The notes under the pieces were generated by a model that made no database searches, had not been told where the DNA came from, and worked only from the letters and a program-made list of their open reading frames with translations. This document shows, piece after piece, positions 31,295-40,802 of a stretch of DNA of 64,000 nt (positions within the stretch are counted from its first letter, which is position 1; every line of letters begins with the position of its first letter). The position numbers were made by a program, and so were the translations under genes. Source of the stretch: Bacillota bacterium (GTDB lineage Bacteria; Bacillota; DTU025); NCBI GenBank assembly GCA_050951805.1, contig JBMNJT010000003.1, forward strand, positions 96,001 through 160,000, read 5' to 3'.

Positions 31295-31962
31295 AGATAG
31301 CGAAGGCTTTCGGTAGGACCAGGGGCATGGTGATGCAGGATCGAAGCGGGGCCGCTGCGGCCATGGCGGTTGCGGCGGCGGTGGCCTTCGCGGCGGTGCT
31401 TGTCTTTTCAGGAGGCGTCGTTCGGGCTACGTCTCTTTACAGTGAAGACGCGTCTCCTTTTGCGTCGATGTATGCGGATCGAAAGGCCAGGCAGGTGGGG
31501 GACTTGGTGACCATACTCGTTGCTGAAGTCTCGTATGCGCAGAACAGGAGCCAGACCAATACGGCACAGGGCATCGGGGTCACTGCTCAACCAGGTGTAG
31601 GGGTATTCGACTTTATCCCTGCCGCTAGGTTGGATGTGGGTGATTCATCAAAGGGAGCGAATGAGACTACGCGTTCGGGCAGGCTGGTTGGGACCATGAC
31701 TGCAGAGGTTATTGAGGTTCTTCCCAATGGGGACCTAGTAATACGTGGTTCGAGGGAGGTCTCAGTCAACCGCGAGAAGGAGATCATGGTCGTTGAAGGC
31801 GTTGTCAGGCCGCAGGATATAGGGCCGAACAATACTGTTCCTTCGACTATGGTGGCGAACGCGCAGATAAGCATGAGCGGCGGGGTGTACACTGGGCAGA
31901 AGGGCGGATTCTTTAAGACGCTCTGGGATGGCCTGGTTTGGGTGTGGAATACGATTTTCTGA
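31291..31962 (+). CDS. flgH: Flagellar L-ring protein
   Basis: DRKARQVGDLVTI, EVLPNGDLVIRG, GVVRPQDI, NTVPSTMVANA. Confidence 0.9.
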   Translation: MKIAKAFGRTRGMVMQDRSGAAAAMAVAAAVAFAAVLVFSGGVVRATSLYSEDASPFASMYADRKARQVGDLVTILVAEVSYAQNRSQTNTAQGIGVTAQPGVGVFDFIPAARLDVGDSSKGANETTRSGRLVGTMTAEVIEVLPNGDLVIRGSREVSVNREKEIMVVEGVVRPQDIGPNNTVPSTMVANAQISMSGGVYTGQKGGFFKTLWDGLVWVWNTIF

Positions 31963-31979
31963 CCTTGGGGGTGAGGGTT

Positions 31980-33143
31980 TTGCGAAGACGAAGATCAGGC
32001 CTGTTCAAGATTGCGGCGTGGCTCGCGTTGCTGCTTATGTCATGTTCTATCCCCAGGGTCTACGGCGCGCAGCCGACGGAGGTTGTGGAGTCTCAGGCTA
32101 GCCAGGGTGAAGGGAGTAGTCAACCTGCGCTGACTGGCTCGGCGGGGAAAGATGGCGCAACTGTTAGGGTAAAGGACATTACCAGAGTGTACGGGGTCAG
32201 AGATAACCAACTCATAGGGTACGGACTTGTGGTAGGGCTCAAAGGTACCGGAGACTCCCGGAACACGCCGTTCACCGCGAGAACGCTATCGAACATGTTG
32301 GACAAGTTCAAGATCACCGTCGACCCTCTGGAGATCAAGGCGAAGAATGTCGCGGCGGTAATGGTCACTGGAGTTTTGCCCGCTTTTGCAAGCCCGGGTG
32401 ACGCCATAGATGTCGCAGTGTCATCGGTAGGAGATGCCAGGAGCCTTGCAGGCGGGACGTTGCTCCTTACGGAATTGGCCGGTGCCGATGGACGGGTATA
32501 TGCTGTGGCCCAGGGTCCGGTTGTGACTGGCTCCGAGGCCAAGGCGACTGTGGGCAGGGTGCCTGCAGGGGCTACCGTCGAAAGACATGTTCCCATGGAA
32601 ATGCTCACTCCCGATGGCCATCTGGTGCTGTCGCTTCTCAACCCGGATTACACTACTGCAGCCAGGATAGCACGGGCAGTATGCGATAGGTTCGGGCAGG
32701 GAGCGGCTGTCGCAGTTGATGGAGGAACGGTCAGGGTGAGTGTTCCAGAATGGCTTCAGGAGACTCCGACGCCGTTCATCGCCGAAGTTGGCGAGCTCGA
32801 GGTGGCGCCCGATGCTCCTGCCAAGGTTGTGTTGAATGCGCGCACAGGCGTGGTGGTAATAGGCGGCAACGTGAAGGTGAGCGCCGCAGCTGTCTCATAC
32901 AACGGGTTCAATGTGAGTGTAGGAGGCTTACCCGGATGGCAGGACGGGGCGGGTGCGTCAAGCGGAAACGTGGTGGCCATGCCTGCACAGCCAGGCAGCA
33001 CGATCACGCTTGAGGCTGGAAGTACCATTGAAGCGTTGGCTGCCGCGCTCAATGCCGTAGGGGCGAGGCCGACGGATATCATGAATATAATGGAAGCTTT
33101 GAGGGCGTGCGGCGCTCTCCAGGCTGAACTGCAGATAATGTGA
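31980..33143 (+). CDS. flgI: Flagellar P-ring protein
   Basis: RVKDI, NQLIGYGLVVGLKGTGD, KNVAAVMVT, GDARSLAGGTLL, GALQAEL. Confidence 0.95.
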   Translation: MRRRRSGLFKIAAWLALLLMSCSIPRVYGAQPTEVVESQASQGEGSSQPALTGSAGKDGATVRVKDITRVYGVRDNQLIGYGLVVGLKGTGDSRNTPFTARTLSNMLDKFKITVDPLEIKAKNVAAVMVTGVLPAFASPGDAIDVAVSSVGDARSLAGGTLLLTELAGADGRVYAVAQGPVVTGSEAKATVGRVPAGATVERHVPMEMLTPDGHLVLSLLNPDYTTAARIARAVCDRFGQGAAVAVDGGTVRVSVPEWLQETPTPFIAEVGELEVAPDAPAKVVLNARTGVVVIGGNVKVSAAAVSYNGFNVSVGGLPGWQDGAGASSGNVVAMPAQPGSTITLEAGSTIEALAAALNAVGARPTDIMNIMEALRACGALQAELQIM

Positions 33144-33164
33144 GCGTGGGAGGTGCAGGCAGCG

Positions 33165-33599
33165 ATGGGCGATGTTTCGCCGGTTGGCATGGATTTGGGG
33201 ACGGCTGGAACTATGATGCGTCTCTCGCTCCCGTACGGCCTTGCTGCGGGGGCCGGCGATCGCAGGAACTTGGCGAAGAGTGTCGAGCTCGAGACGGCCG
33301 GAGGGTCTGATGCCGCAGCTGAGGCCAGCGCTAGAGCCCGGGAAAACGAGAGGCTCGCGCAGGCCTGTTCCGAGTTTGAGGCGATTTTTATCGAGATGAT
33401 TCTCAAGTCGGCACGGGCTAGCATTCCCAAGGGTGGACTCTTCTCATCTGAAGAGGAGGAACTGGTCAGGGAGATGCTCGACTCCCAGCTTGCACAGGAG
33501 GTTGCCAAGGGCGGCGGAATCGGGCTTGCCAGGTTCATGGAGAGGAACATGACAGGCGATGGCAAGGCGGTGAAGCAGGGTGGCGCTGGAGAACTGTAG
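33165..33599 (+). CDS. flgJ: FlgJ rod-binding domain protein (no hydrolase domain)
   Basis: LAQACSEFEAIFIEMILKSAR, GGIGLA. Confidence 0.85.
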   Translation: MGDVSPVGMDLGTAGTMMRLSLPYGLAAGAGDRRNLAKSVELETAGGSDAAAEASARARENERLAQACSEFEAIFIEMILKSARASIPKGGLFSSEEEELVREMLDSQLAQEVAKGGGIGLARFMERNMTGDGKAVKQGGAGEL

Positions 33600-34044
33600 C
33601 CGCTGCGGGAAGCTGTTCCATCGGATTTCGAAGCCGCTTTGCCCGGATTGCCTTGTGGAAGCGGAAAAGCTTGCGGAGAAGGTAGTGGAGTACCTGAGAA
33701 GGCATTCCGGCGCAACCTTGACTGAAATTGCGGATGCTACTGGTGTGGACGAGGCATTTGTGCTGGACCTTCTAAGGGATGGGCGGATAGAGATGGCTAG
33801 CGACGTTCGGCCGGTACTGTTCTGCCGAGCTTGTGGGGCGAGTATAGAGTCGGGCGTGTACTGCGCCAAGTGCTTGGACAAGTTCGGGAAGGCCTTTTCG
33901 GGCAGGGGCTGCCCGGGAGGGCAAACAGGCCTTGGTCGGGGCGATGATGGTGAAAAGAGTCGTTATAAGAGGGCACAATTAGGGGAAAGAGCTTCCGGGG
34001 CGCGGATGAGCGTTCCTGAACGCAGGAGAAAGGGTCGCGAGTGA
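33580..34044 (+). CDS. YvyF-like flagellar operon Zn-finger protein
   Basis: NCSRCGKLF...CPDC, HTH, CRACG...CAKC; directly upstream of flgM. Confidence 0.8.
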   Translation: MALENCSRCGKLFHRISKPLCPDCLVEAEKLAEKVVEYLRRHSGATLTEIADATGVDEAFVLDLLRDGRIEMASDVRPVLFCRACGASIESGVYCAKCLDKFGKAFSGRGCPGGQTGLGRGDDGEKSRYKRAQLGERASGARMSVPERRRKGRE

Positions 34045-34064
34045 AGCTTCGGTGGTCTATGGGC

Positions 34065-34092
34065 TAAAGTAAGGGCGGGGCCATGCCGATAC
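34065..34092 (+). promoter_or_regulatory. Sigma-28 promoter of flgM
   Basis: TAAA-N16-GCCGATAC. Confidence 0.8.
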
Positions 34093-34113
34093 ATAAGTTA
34101 GGACTCAAGAGAG

Positions 34114-34446
34114 GTGATGGCCTTGAAAATATCCGGAAGCCGGGGATTTGATCGGATCAACCTATACTCCCAACTGGCAAAGAAGGCTGAAAGGGCAGAA
34201 CGAACGGGCGAGGTGAAGCCCGATGAGGTTGAGATCTCGGATAGGGGCAAGGAGATTCACCACGCCATGCAGGCTCTGTCTTCCGTGTCCGATGTTCGGG
34301 ACGACAAGGTTGAGGCTGTTCGTTCCCGCATTGAATCGGGCACATACGAGGTCAGCGGCAAAGATGTTGCTCGCAAGCTCTTTGCCGGGGCTGTGAGACG
34401 AGGTGACCTGGGTGGATTACGCAAAGGAAATGGCGAGGATTCTTAA
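34114..34446 (+). CDS. flgM: Anti-sigma-28 factor
   Basis: DEVEIS, DVRDDKVEAVRSRIESGTY. Confidence 0.9.
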   Translation: MMALKISGSRGFDRINLYSQLAKKAERAERTGEVKPDEVEISDRGKEIHHAMQALSSVSDVRDDKVEAVRSRIESGTYEVSGKDVARKLFAGAVRRGDLGGLRKGNGEDS

Positions 34447-34912
34447 TCGCGAGTTTGCGCTATGTTCGGAGTTGCTCTACGTGGCCAGGGCGCAGCGCAG
34501 CGTTATCACGTCAGGGGATGTTGCGGCCCTGGCTGAGCTAGTATCGAGGGCGGAAGAGATAATAGGAGCCATCAGGGATGAGGAGATCGGTCTTGCTGAT
34601 CTGGCAAAGCGTTGGGCAGACGAGACCGAAGTCGAAGTTGAAGATGCTGAACAAGCTCTCGCTGTCATGATTGCATCGTTCAAGGAAGAGGAGATGGCGG
34701 AGTTCGAGGTCCTTCGGGATTCGATCGCCGGCATCCTGGCGGAGATAGACTCGGCGAATGCAATCAATGCAATGCTCATCCAAGATGCAATCGAATATAT
34801 AGAGAATACCGTCAGGCTGATAGCTGAGGCGGATGGGACCAATTCGGTCTACAGCCGCTTGGGACGCATGGACAAGAAGGCTGTGTCTTCGGCAGTGGAC
34901 GATACGGCTTAG
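34412..34912 (+). CDS. flgN: Flagellar export chaperone
   Basis: Helical protein with ANAINAMLI, between flgM and flgK. Confidence 0.8.
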   Translation: MDYAKEMARILNREFALCSELLYVARAQRSVITSGDVAALAELVSRAEEIIGAIRDEEIGLADLAKRWADETEVEVEDAEQALAVMIASFKEEEMAEFEVLRDSIAGILAEIDSANAINAMLIQDAIEYIENTVRLIAEADGTNSVYSRLGRMDKKAVSSAVDDTA

Positions 34913-34937
34913 CTGTATCAGATGGGGTGAAGCTCAA

Positions 34938-36266
34938 GTGTACTCTACATTCGTTGGACTGGAGACTGCGCGCAGGGCTCTCTACGCCCAGCGGGCGGCG
35001 ATAGACATAACCGGGCACAATGTCTCTAACGTGAACACGCCGGGCTACAGAAGACAGAGGCCGGTCATTGAGGCAACTCCCCCCGCGCCAGGGGCGCTTC
35101 AGCCCGGAACAGGGGTGAAGGTGGCTGGGATTGAGCGGATGCGCGACCAATTCGTGGACACGCAGATAAGGCATACCCTGGCATCTTTGGGCAGGTGGGA
35201 AGCGCGCCAGGAGATTCTCGAGGAGATCCAGGAAGTATTCAAGGAGCCGAGCGATATTGGCATCTCGGCGATGATGGACCGGTTCTGGATATCATGGCAG
35301 GAGCTTTCGGGCAATGCCACTGATCCGGGGAGGCGGACCAGTGTTCAGCAGGAGGCTATTTCGCTGGCGTCCGCTTTCAACTTGGCTGCCGCACAGCTCA
35401 ATGAGACGAAAGCAGACATTGATCAGAATATCAAGTCGCTTGTACATCGAGTCAACACGACCGCTTCCAGCATTGCGGAGCTCAACCGGGAGATTGTCAG
35501 GGGAAATGTAGTCGGCGAAAACGTAGCGGACTTGCTGGACAGGCGGGATTATCTAGTTCAGCAGCTTGCGTCCGATGTCGACGTTGCGGTTGTGGAAGAC
35601 AATAGCGGGCTCGTGCATGTTACTGTCGGGGGCAGGATCCTGGTGGCCGGGACTGATGCCAGGGAATTGGCTGAAGACGCCCTGATTACGGGTGGAAGGA
35701 TAAAGGGCCTCAATGAGGCGGCCAACATGATAATCCCCGGATATCTCAAGGAACTGGACGACCTTGCCAATGCGCTCATTGAGAAAATCAATGAGCAGCA
35801 CATGGCCGGGTATGACCTCTTTGGAAACTCCGGGGGCGTCTTTTTTGAAGGAGAGGGCGCGGCGGGGATTCGTCTTTCAGAAGAGATAGAGGGGAATCCG
35901 GGGTTGATTGCGGCGGCAGATCAGACTGACAGCCCCGGCAATGGCAGGAACGCGTTGGCCATGGCTCAGCTCAAGGATGGGCTCACTATGGTTGGGGGAA
36001 CGGCCACGTTCCGCGACTTTTATGGTTCGATTCTGACAGGCCTCGGGCTTGAGACCCAGGAATCGATGAGGTCGCGAGAGGTCTACGAAGGTGTGCTGGA
36101 GCAGCAAAAAGCGAGGCAGGAATCGGTATCCGGAGTTTCGCTGGATGAAGAGATGATCATGCTCATAAAGTACTCATCAGCGTTTGACGCGGCTGCTCGG
36201 TTGGTGACTGCGGTAGACGAGATGCTCGACAGGCTCATCAACGGAACGGGGCTTGTGGGAAGGTAG
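34938..36266 (+). CDS. flgK: Hook-associated protein 1
   Basis: GHNVSNVNTPGYRRQR, RMRDQF, SGVSLDEEM. Confidence 0.95.
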   Translation: MYSTFVGLETARRALYAQRAAIDITGHNVSNVNTPGYRRQRPVIEATPPAPGALQPGTGVKVAGIERMRDQFVDTQIRHTLASLGRWEARQEILEEIQEVFKEPSDIGISAMMDRFWISWQELSGNATDPGRRTSVQQEAISLASAFNLAAAQLNETKADIDQNIKSLVHRVNTTASSIAELNREIVRGNVVGENVADLLDRRDYLVQQLASDVDVAVVEDNSGLVHVTVGGRILVAGTDARELAEDALITGGRIKGLNEAANMIIPGYLKELDDLANALIEKINEQHMAGYDLFGNSGGVFFEGEGAAGIRLSEEIEGNPGLIAAADQTDSPGNGRNALAMAQLKDGLTMVGGTATFRDFYGSILTGLGLETQESMRSREVYEGVLEQQKARQESVSGVSLDEEMIMLIKYSSAFDAAARLVTAVDEMLDRLINGTGLVGR

Positions 36267-36342
36267 AGGCGGGCGCAGAGTGGCACAGGCCCTCTGGCGC
36301 GGGTTTGAGCGCAGCACATAGATGAGAAAGGGTGTTAGGGCC

Positions 36343-37251
36343 ATGCGGGTTACGAACAATGTCATGATGGAGCGGGCCATGCGCAATGTGAATGTGGCCT
36401 TTGAAAGATATGTGAAGCGTCAGGAGCAGCTGGCATCGGGCTGCTCGATAAACAGGCTTTCTGACGACCCGCACGGCGCTGCAAAGGCTGTAAGGCTTAG
36501 GTCTACCCTCAAAGGGCTCGAACAGTACAAGACCAATGCAGACATCGCGGATACGAAGCTCAGGGCTTATGACGGCGTTCTTGACAAGGTAGGCAGTATT
36601 ATGAACCGCCTTAGGGATCTTGTGGGGCGCGCCGCCAGCGATACTGTGACTCCGACGGAACGGGACGGGATAGCTGTCGAGGTCAGGGAGCTGTTCGAGG
36701 AGGTTGTCAACGCAGGAAACGAGATGCACAATGGGGAGCATATGTTCGCCGGGCACAAGGTTGGACAGGCCCCCTTCAAGGTGGAGCGGGACGCGGATGG
36801 CAGGGTGACTGGCGTGTTGTACCACGGCGATTCCGGCAAGGACGCAATAGAGATAGGCCCCGGGATTGTGATCTCTGGAAGCCTTGCCGGGGATGAAGTT
36901 TTCATGGCGGACGGCGCCAATGTTTTCGATGCCATGATCGACATTGAAAGGCACCTCCGGGAAAACGATGTGGAGAGCCTGTCGGAAGAGGATCTTGGGC
37001 GTGTGGATGCAGTAGTTGACAACATTCTCAAGCATAGGGCCGAGATCGGCGGAAAGGGCAAGCGCCTTGAACTCGTAATGGACAGGCTTGAGAGTGATTC
37101 CATATCTATTGAAGGCCTTCTCAGCAAGACTGAGGATATCGATTTCGCAGAGGCTATAATGCGCCTGTGTGAGCAGGAGATAGTCTATTATGCTGCTCTG
37201 TCGGCAGCTTCGAAATCGGTGCAGGCAGGCTTGCTGCAATTTCTGAGATAG
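36343..37251 (+). CDS. flgL: Hook-associated protein 3
   Basis: MRVTNN, QLASG...SDDP, EDIDFAEA. Confidence 0.92.
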   Translation: MRVTNNVMMERAMRNVNVAFERYVKRQEQLASGCSINRLSDDPHGAAKAVRLRSTLKGLEQYKTNADIADTKLRAYDGVLDKVGSIMNRLRDLVGRAASDTVTPTERDGIAVEVRELFEEVVNAGNEMHNGEHMFAGHKVGQAPFKVERDADGRVTGVLYHGDSGKDAIEIGPGIVISGSLAGDEVFMADGANVFDAMIDIERHLRENDVESLSEEDLGRVDAVVDNILKHRAEIGGKGKRLELVMDRLESDSISIEGLLSKTEDIDFAEAIMRLCEQEIVYYAALSAASKSVQAGLLQFLR

Positions 37252-37264
37252 GGGGGCGTCACAA

Positions 37265-37747
37265 GTGGAACATGGATTCGATGCGGAAGAGATTCAGCTT
37301 GTAGTCTTCGAGCTGGCTGATGAATCCTATGGCGTGGAGATCTCCCGGGTGCAGGACATCAACAGGATGCAGGAGATAACGGAGATACCTCATGCGCCGG
37401 AATCGGTAGTTGGCGTCATCAATCTTCGCGGGCGGGTTATACCCGTAGTCGACCTCAGGACGAGGTTTGGGCTTCCTCCTGCGGAGCACACGAAGTCCAC
37501 GAGGATAGTCGTTGTGCAGATGGGAGAGGAGCCGATAGGGATGATTGTGGACGCAGTCTCCCAGGTGCTTCGCATACCCACGAAGATAATCGAACCGCCT
37601 TCTCCTGTTCTTTCCGGTGTTGATTCGAGGTATCTGCGGGGCATAGCGAAACTCGAGGACGAGCTCGTGATCTTGCTCGACCTCGACTACGTGCTTTCCA
37701 AAGACGAACAGGAGTTTATCAGCGAGGCAATGGCCGAGAGCGTATAG
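37265..37747 (+). CDS. cheW: Chemotaxis coupling protein
   Basis: GVINLRGRVIPVVDLR, GMIVDAV. Confidence 0.95.
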   Translation: MEHGFDAEEIQLVVFELADESYGVEISRVQDINRMQEITEIPHAPESVVGVINLRGRVIPVVDLRTRFGLPPAEHTKSTRIVVVQMGEEPIGMIVDAVSQVLRIPTKIIEPPSPVLSGVDSRYLRGIAKLEDELVILLDLDYVLSKDEQEFISEAMAESV

Positions 37748-37758
37748 GGGGCAGTCCG

Positions 37759-39930
37759 ATGCTGGAATTTCCGGGCATGACGGCCGATGACATCAAGGTG
37801 TTTTTGATAGAAGCAGAAGAGCAACTTCAGTCCCTTGAAGACGGTTTGCTCGAGTTGGAGCAGGCCGGCGAGGACGATGAGGTCATTGGGCAAATATTCA
37901 GAGCTGCGCATACTCTCAAGGGTTCGTCTGCCACACTTGGCCACGACAAAATGGCTAATCTGACACATTCTATGGAGAGTGTGCTCGACCTGGTTCGAAA
38001 ATCGCAGCTCGAGGTGGGCCCTGATCTCATGGATGTCCTCTTCGAATGCTTGGACGTGCTCAGAGTGCTCAATCGTGAAGTCGAGACGGGCCAAGAGAGC
38101 GGAGAGGACATTACCGTGCTTACCGGGCGCCTGCTCGACATAATCGCATTTGCCGAAGAGGGAGGCTCGGGTTGCATCAGTGGTGAAAGCGAAGCGGGGG
38201 GATCCGGCGCCCAGTCTACCATGACCGTCGTTGATGGCGGCATTATGCACGGCCCGGGCGATGTGGAGCTTCGCATCGCTTTCGCAGATACTTGTCAGAT
38301 GCCTTCGGTCAGGGCTTACCAGGTTGTCGATAGGCTGTCGGTGATGGGGAATATAATCTATACCAGGCCTTCGATGGAACTGATCGAGGCGGGGCAGGAC
38401 ATAGGTGAGCTGACTGTGGCCATTGAGTGGGACGGCGATTCGCCGCAGCCCCTTGTTGAGGCCGCTATGGATGTTTCAGATGTAAAGTCGGCTCTGGTAG
38501 TTCAGGTGAGGCCTGCAGGCTCGCTAAAAGGAGAGGTCGATGCTGCTGCGGAGGCGTCGCGCGCGACTGTGGCTTCAGGGCCCAAGGAAAGTGAGCCCAC
38601 GGGTGTTGAGGCTGGGCGTAAGGCCGGTGTGAATAGGGGTTCAAGGTCTGCAACGTCGACTCGGGCCACTACTGTGAGGGTGGATGTGGCGCGGCTCGAC
38701 GCGTTGTCGAATCTCGTGGCGGAGTTGGTGATCGACCGCACGCACCTGGCTCAGCTCGAATCGAAGTTGGCGGAGAAACATGGCGGGGACGAGCTTGTGG
38801 CGGAGCTGAACAGGACATCCACTCACATAGGGAGGCTCACCACTGAGCTTCAGGAGGCCATAAACAAGGCCAGAATGTTCCCGATAGACAATGTTTTCAG
38901 GCGTTTTCCGAGAATGGTGAGGGATCTCGCGCAGAGCCAGGGAAAAGAGATCGACTTCATCATAGAGGGTGAAGATACAGAGCTCGACAGATCAGTCTCG
39001 GAGGAGATAGGGGATCCTCTGATCCACTTGATCCGAAACGCTGTGGGCCACGGTATAGAGACGCCGGAGGAGAGAGTCGCCGCGGGAAAGGCGCCCAAAG
39101 GGACTGTGAGGCTCTCTGCTTTTCATCAGGAAAATTACATAGTCATAGAAATTGCCGATGACGGGCGGGGGATAGATCCTGAGGCGGTCAAGGAATCCGC
39201 TATCCGAAAAGGCCTGATCTCGGAGGAGGCAGCGGCGAGGATGTCTGACCGGGACGCGGTCAACCTCATCTTTTCGCCGGGGCTTTCCACTAGCAAGAAG
39301 GTGGATGATGTCTCCGGGCGTGGCGTGGGCATGGATATTGTCCGAAAGAACATAGAACGGCTCAATGGCTCCATTTCCATAAATACACGTTTGGGAGAAG
39401 GCTCCACTTTTACTGTGAAACTTCCGCTCACCCTGGCGATAATCAGGGCGCTGCTGGTCGCCTACGATTCTCGAATTTACGCGATTCCTCTGGCTTCGGT
39501 GATGGAGATCACTAGGATAGAGCCTTCTGACATCCATACGGTGCACAAGCGCGAGGCCATACGGCTGAGGGGAGATGTAATACCCCTGCTATGGCTGGGT
39601 GAGATCTTTTCCAAAAGAGGCGAGGAGCGCGGGGCGGCTGAATGGATGGCAGCTGACGGTCGGCCTGAGGATGGCGCTGCAGGAGAGGCGCAGTCGAGAC
39701 GGATGTTCGCGGTGATCACCTCTTCTCATGAAGGCCAAGTCGGCCTCGTTGTCGATTCTTTGGTGGGCGAGATGGAGATAGTCATCAAAAGCCTGGGTTC
39801 TTTTATTGGAAACATTCCGGGGGTATCCGGCGTTACTATCCTGGGAGATGGGAGGGTAGCGCTGATACTGGATATTCCCAGCCTTGTCAGGAGAGTGGTG
39901 GAAGAGAGAAATGGCGCTGAACGGGGCTAA
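37759..39930 (+). CDS. cheA: Chemotaxis histidine kinase
   Basis: FRAAHTLKG Hpt, HLIRNAVGHG, DDGRG, SGRGVGMD, C-terminal CheW domain. Confidence 0.97.
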   Translation: MLEFPGMTADDIKVFLIEAEEQLQSLEDGLLELEQAGEDDEVIGQIFRAAHTLKGSSATLGHDKMANLTHSMESVLDLVRKSQLEVGPDLMDVLFECLDVLRVLNREVETGQESGEDITVLTGRLLDIIAFAEEGGSGCISGESEAGGSGAQSTMTVVDGGIMHGPGDVELRIAFADTCQMPSVRAYQVVDRLSVMGNIIYTRPSMELIEAGQDIGELTVAIEWDGDSPQPLVEAAMDVSDVKSALVVQVRPAGSLKGEVDAAAEASRATVASGPKESEPTGVEAGRKAGVNRGSRSATSTRATTVRVDVARLDALSNLVAELVIDRTHLAQLESKLAEKHGGDELVAELNRTSTHIGRLTTELQEAINKARMFPIDNVFRRFPRMVRDLAQSQGKEIDFIIEGEDTELDRSVSEEIGDPLIHLIRNAVGHGIETPEERVAAGKAPKGTVRLSAFHQENYIVIEIADDGRGIDPEAVKESAIRKGLISEEAAARMSDRDAVNLIFSPGLSTSKKVDDVSGRGVGMDIVRKNIERLNGSISINTRLGEGSTFTVKLPLTLAIIRALLVAYDSRIYAIPLASVMEITRIEPSDIHTVHKREAIRLRGDVIPLLWLGEIFSKRGEERGAAEWMAADGRPEDGAAGEAQSRRMFAVITSSHEGQVGLVVDSLVGEMEIVIKSLGSFIGNIPGVSGVTILGDGRVALILDIPSLVRRVVEERNGAERG

Positions 39931-40423
39931 AGATGTAGTACCGATCGGAATTGGCGAGATGCATGTGTCGGACAAGCCAGGGGATGTTCTTGTTGCATAC
40001 GGGCTCGGATCGTGTGTGGGCGTGGTCATTCATGACCCTATCGGGAAGGTCGGAGGAATGGTCCATGTGGCTTTGCCCGAGTCGCTTTCCGCCCCAAGGA
40101 GCGAGGAACGTCCTGATGCGAGGAGATACGCGGATGTGGGCGTTCCCATGCTCGTAGGCGAGGTGCTGAGGCTCGGAGGAATGAAGGCGAGGCTCGTGGC
40201 CCGGATCGCCGGAGGGGCAAAGATGTTTGACGTCACACCTGAGTTGGAATTCATGGATATCGGGGCGCGCAATTCCGTAGCTGTAAGGGCGGAGCTTGAG
40301 GCGATGGGGATTCCGATTGTCGCCGAGGACATAGGCGGGGCCGACGGGCGCACACTTCGCTATGTTGTCGGCAGGGAGCAGGTTTTTGTCCGAAAGCTTG
40401 GGATGCGAGAGGTGGAGCTTTAG
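39911..40423 (+). CDS. cheD: Chemoreceptor glutamine deamidase
   Basis: GLGSCVGV, HVALP, RYAD, GGAKMF, IGARN, EDIGG. Confidence 0.93.
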   Translation: MALNGAKDVVPIGIGEMHVSDKPGDVLVAYGLGSCVGVVIHDPIGKVGGMVHVALPESLSAPRSEERPDARRYADVGVPMLVGEVLRLGGMKARLVARIAGGAKMFDVTPELEFMDIGARNSVAVRAELEAMGIPIVAEDIGGADGRTLRYVVGREQVFVRKLGMREVEL

Positions 40424-40445
40424 CTTCAGTGGGGGTGTTTGGCAG

Positions 40446-40802
40446 GTGCCGACTGTCCTTGTTGTAGATGATGCTGCTTTCATGAGAATGAGGGCCGGGA
40501 AACTCTTGAGCCAGAGTGGCTACGAGGTGATTGAGGCAGAAAACGGGCTCGATGCGTTAAACAAGTACACGGAGTACGAGCCTGACTTGGTCCTTATGGA
40601 CATAACCATGCCTGTTATGGACGGTCTGACCGCGGTGCGGGAGATACGCCAGGTCGATCCGGAGGCGAAGATCATAATGGTATCTGCCATGGGGCAGCAG
40701 GCCATGGTGATCGAGGCGATCAAATTGGGGGCCAAGGATTTCATCGTGAAGCCTTATGAGCCTGATAATGTCCTGGCTTCGGTGAAGAAGTTGATAGGCT
40801 GA
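40446..40802 (+). CDS. cheY: Chemotaxis response regulator
   Basis: VVDDAAFMR, MDITMP, SAMGQQ, FIVKP. Confidence 0.93.
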   Translation: MPTVLVVDDAAFMRMRAGKLLSQSGYEVIEAENGLDALNKYTEYEPDLVLMDITMPVMDGLTAVREIRQVDPEAKIIMVSAMGQQAMVIEAIKLGAKDFIVKPYEPDNVLASVKKLIG

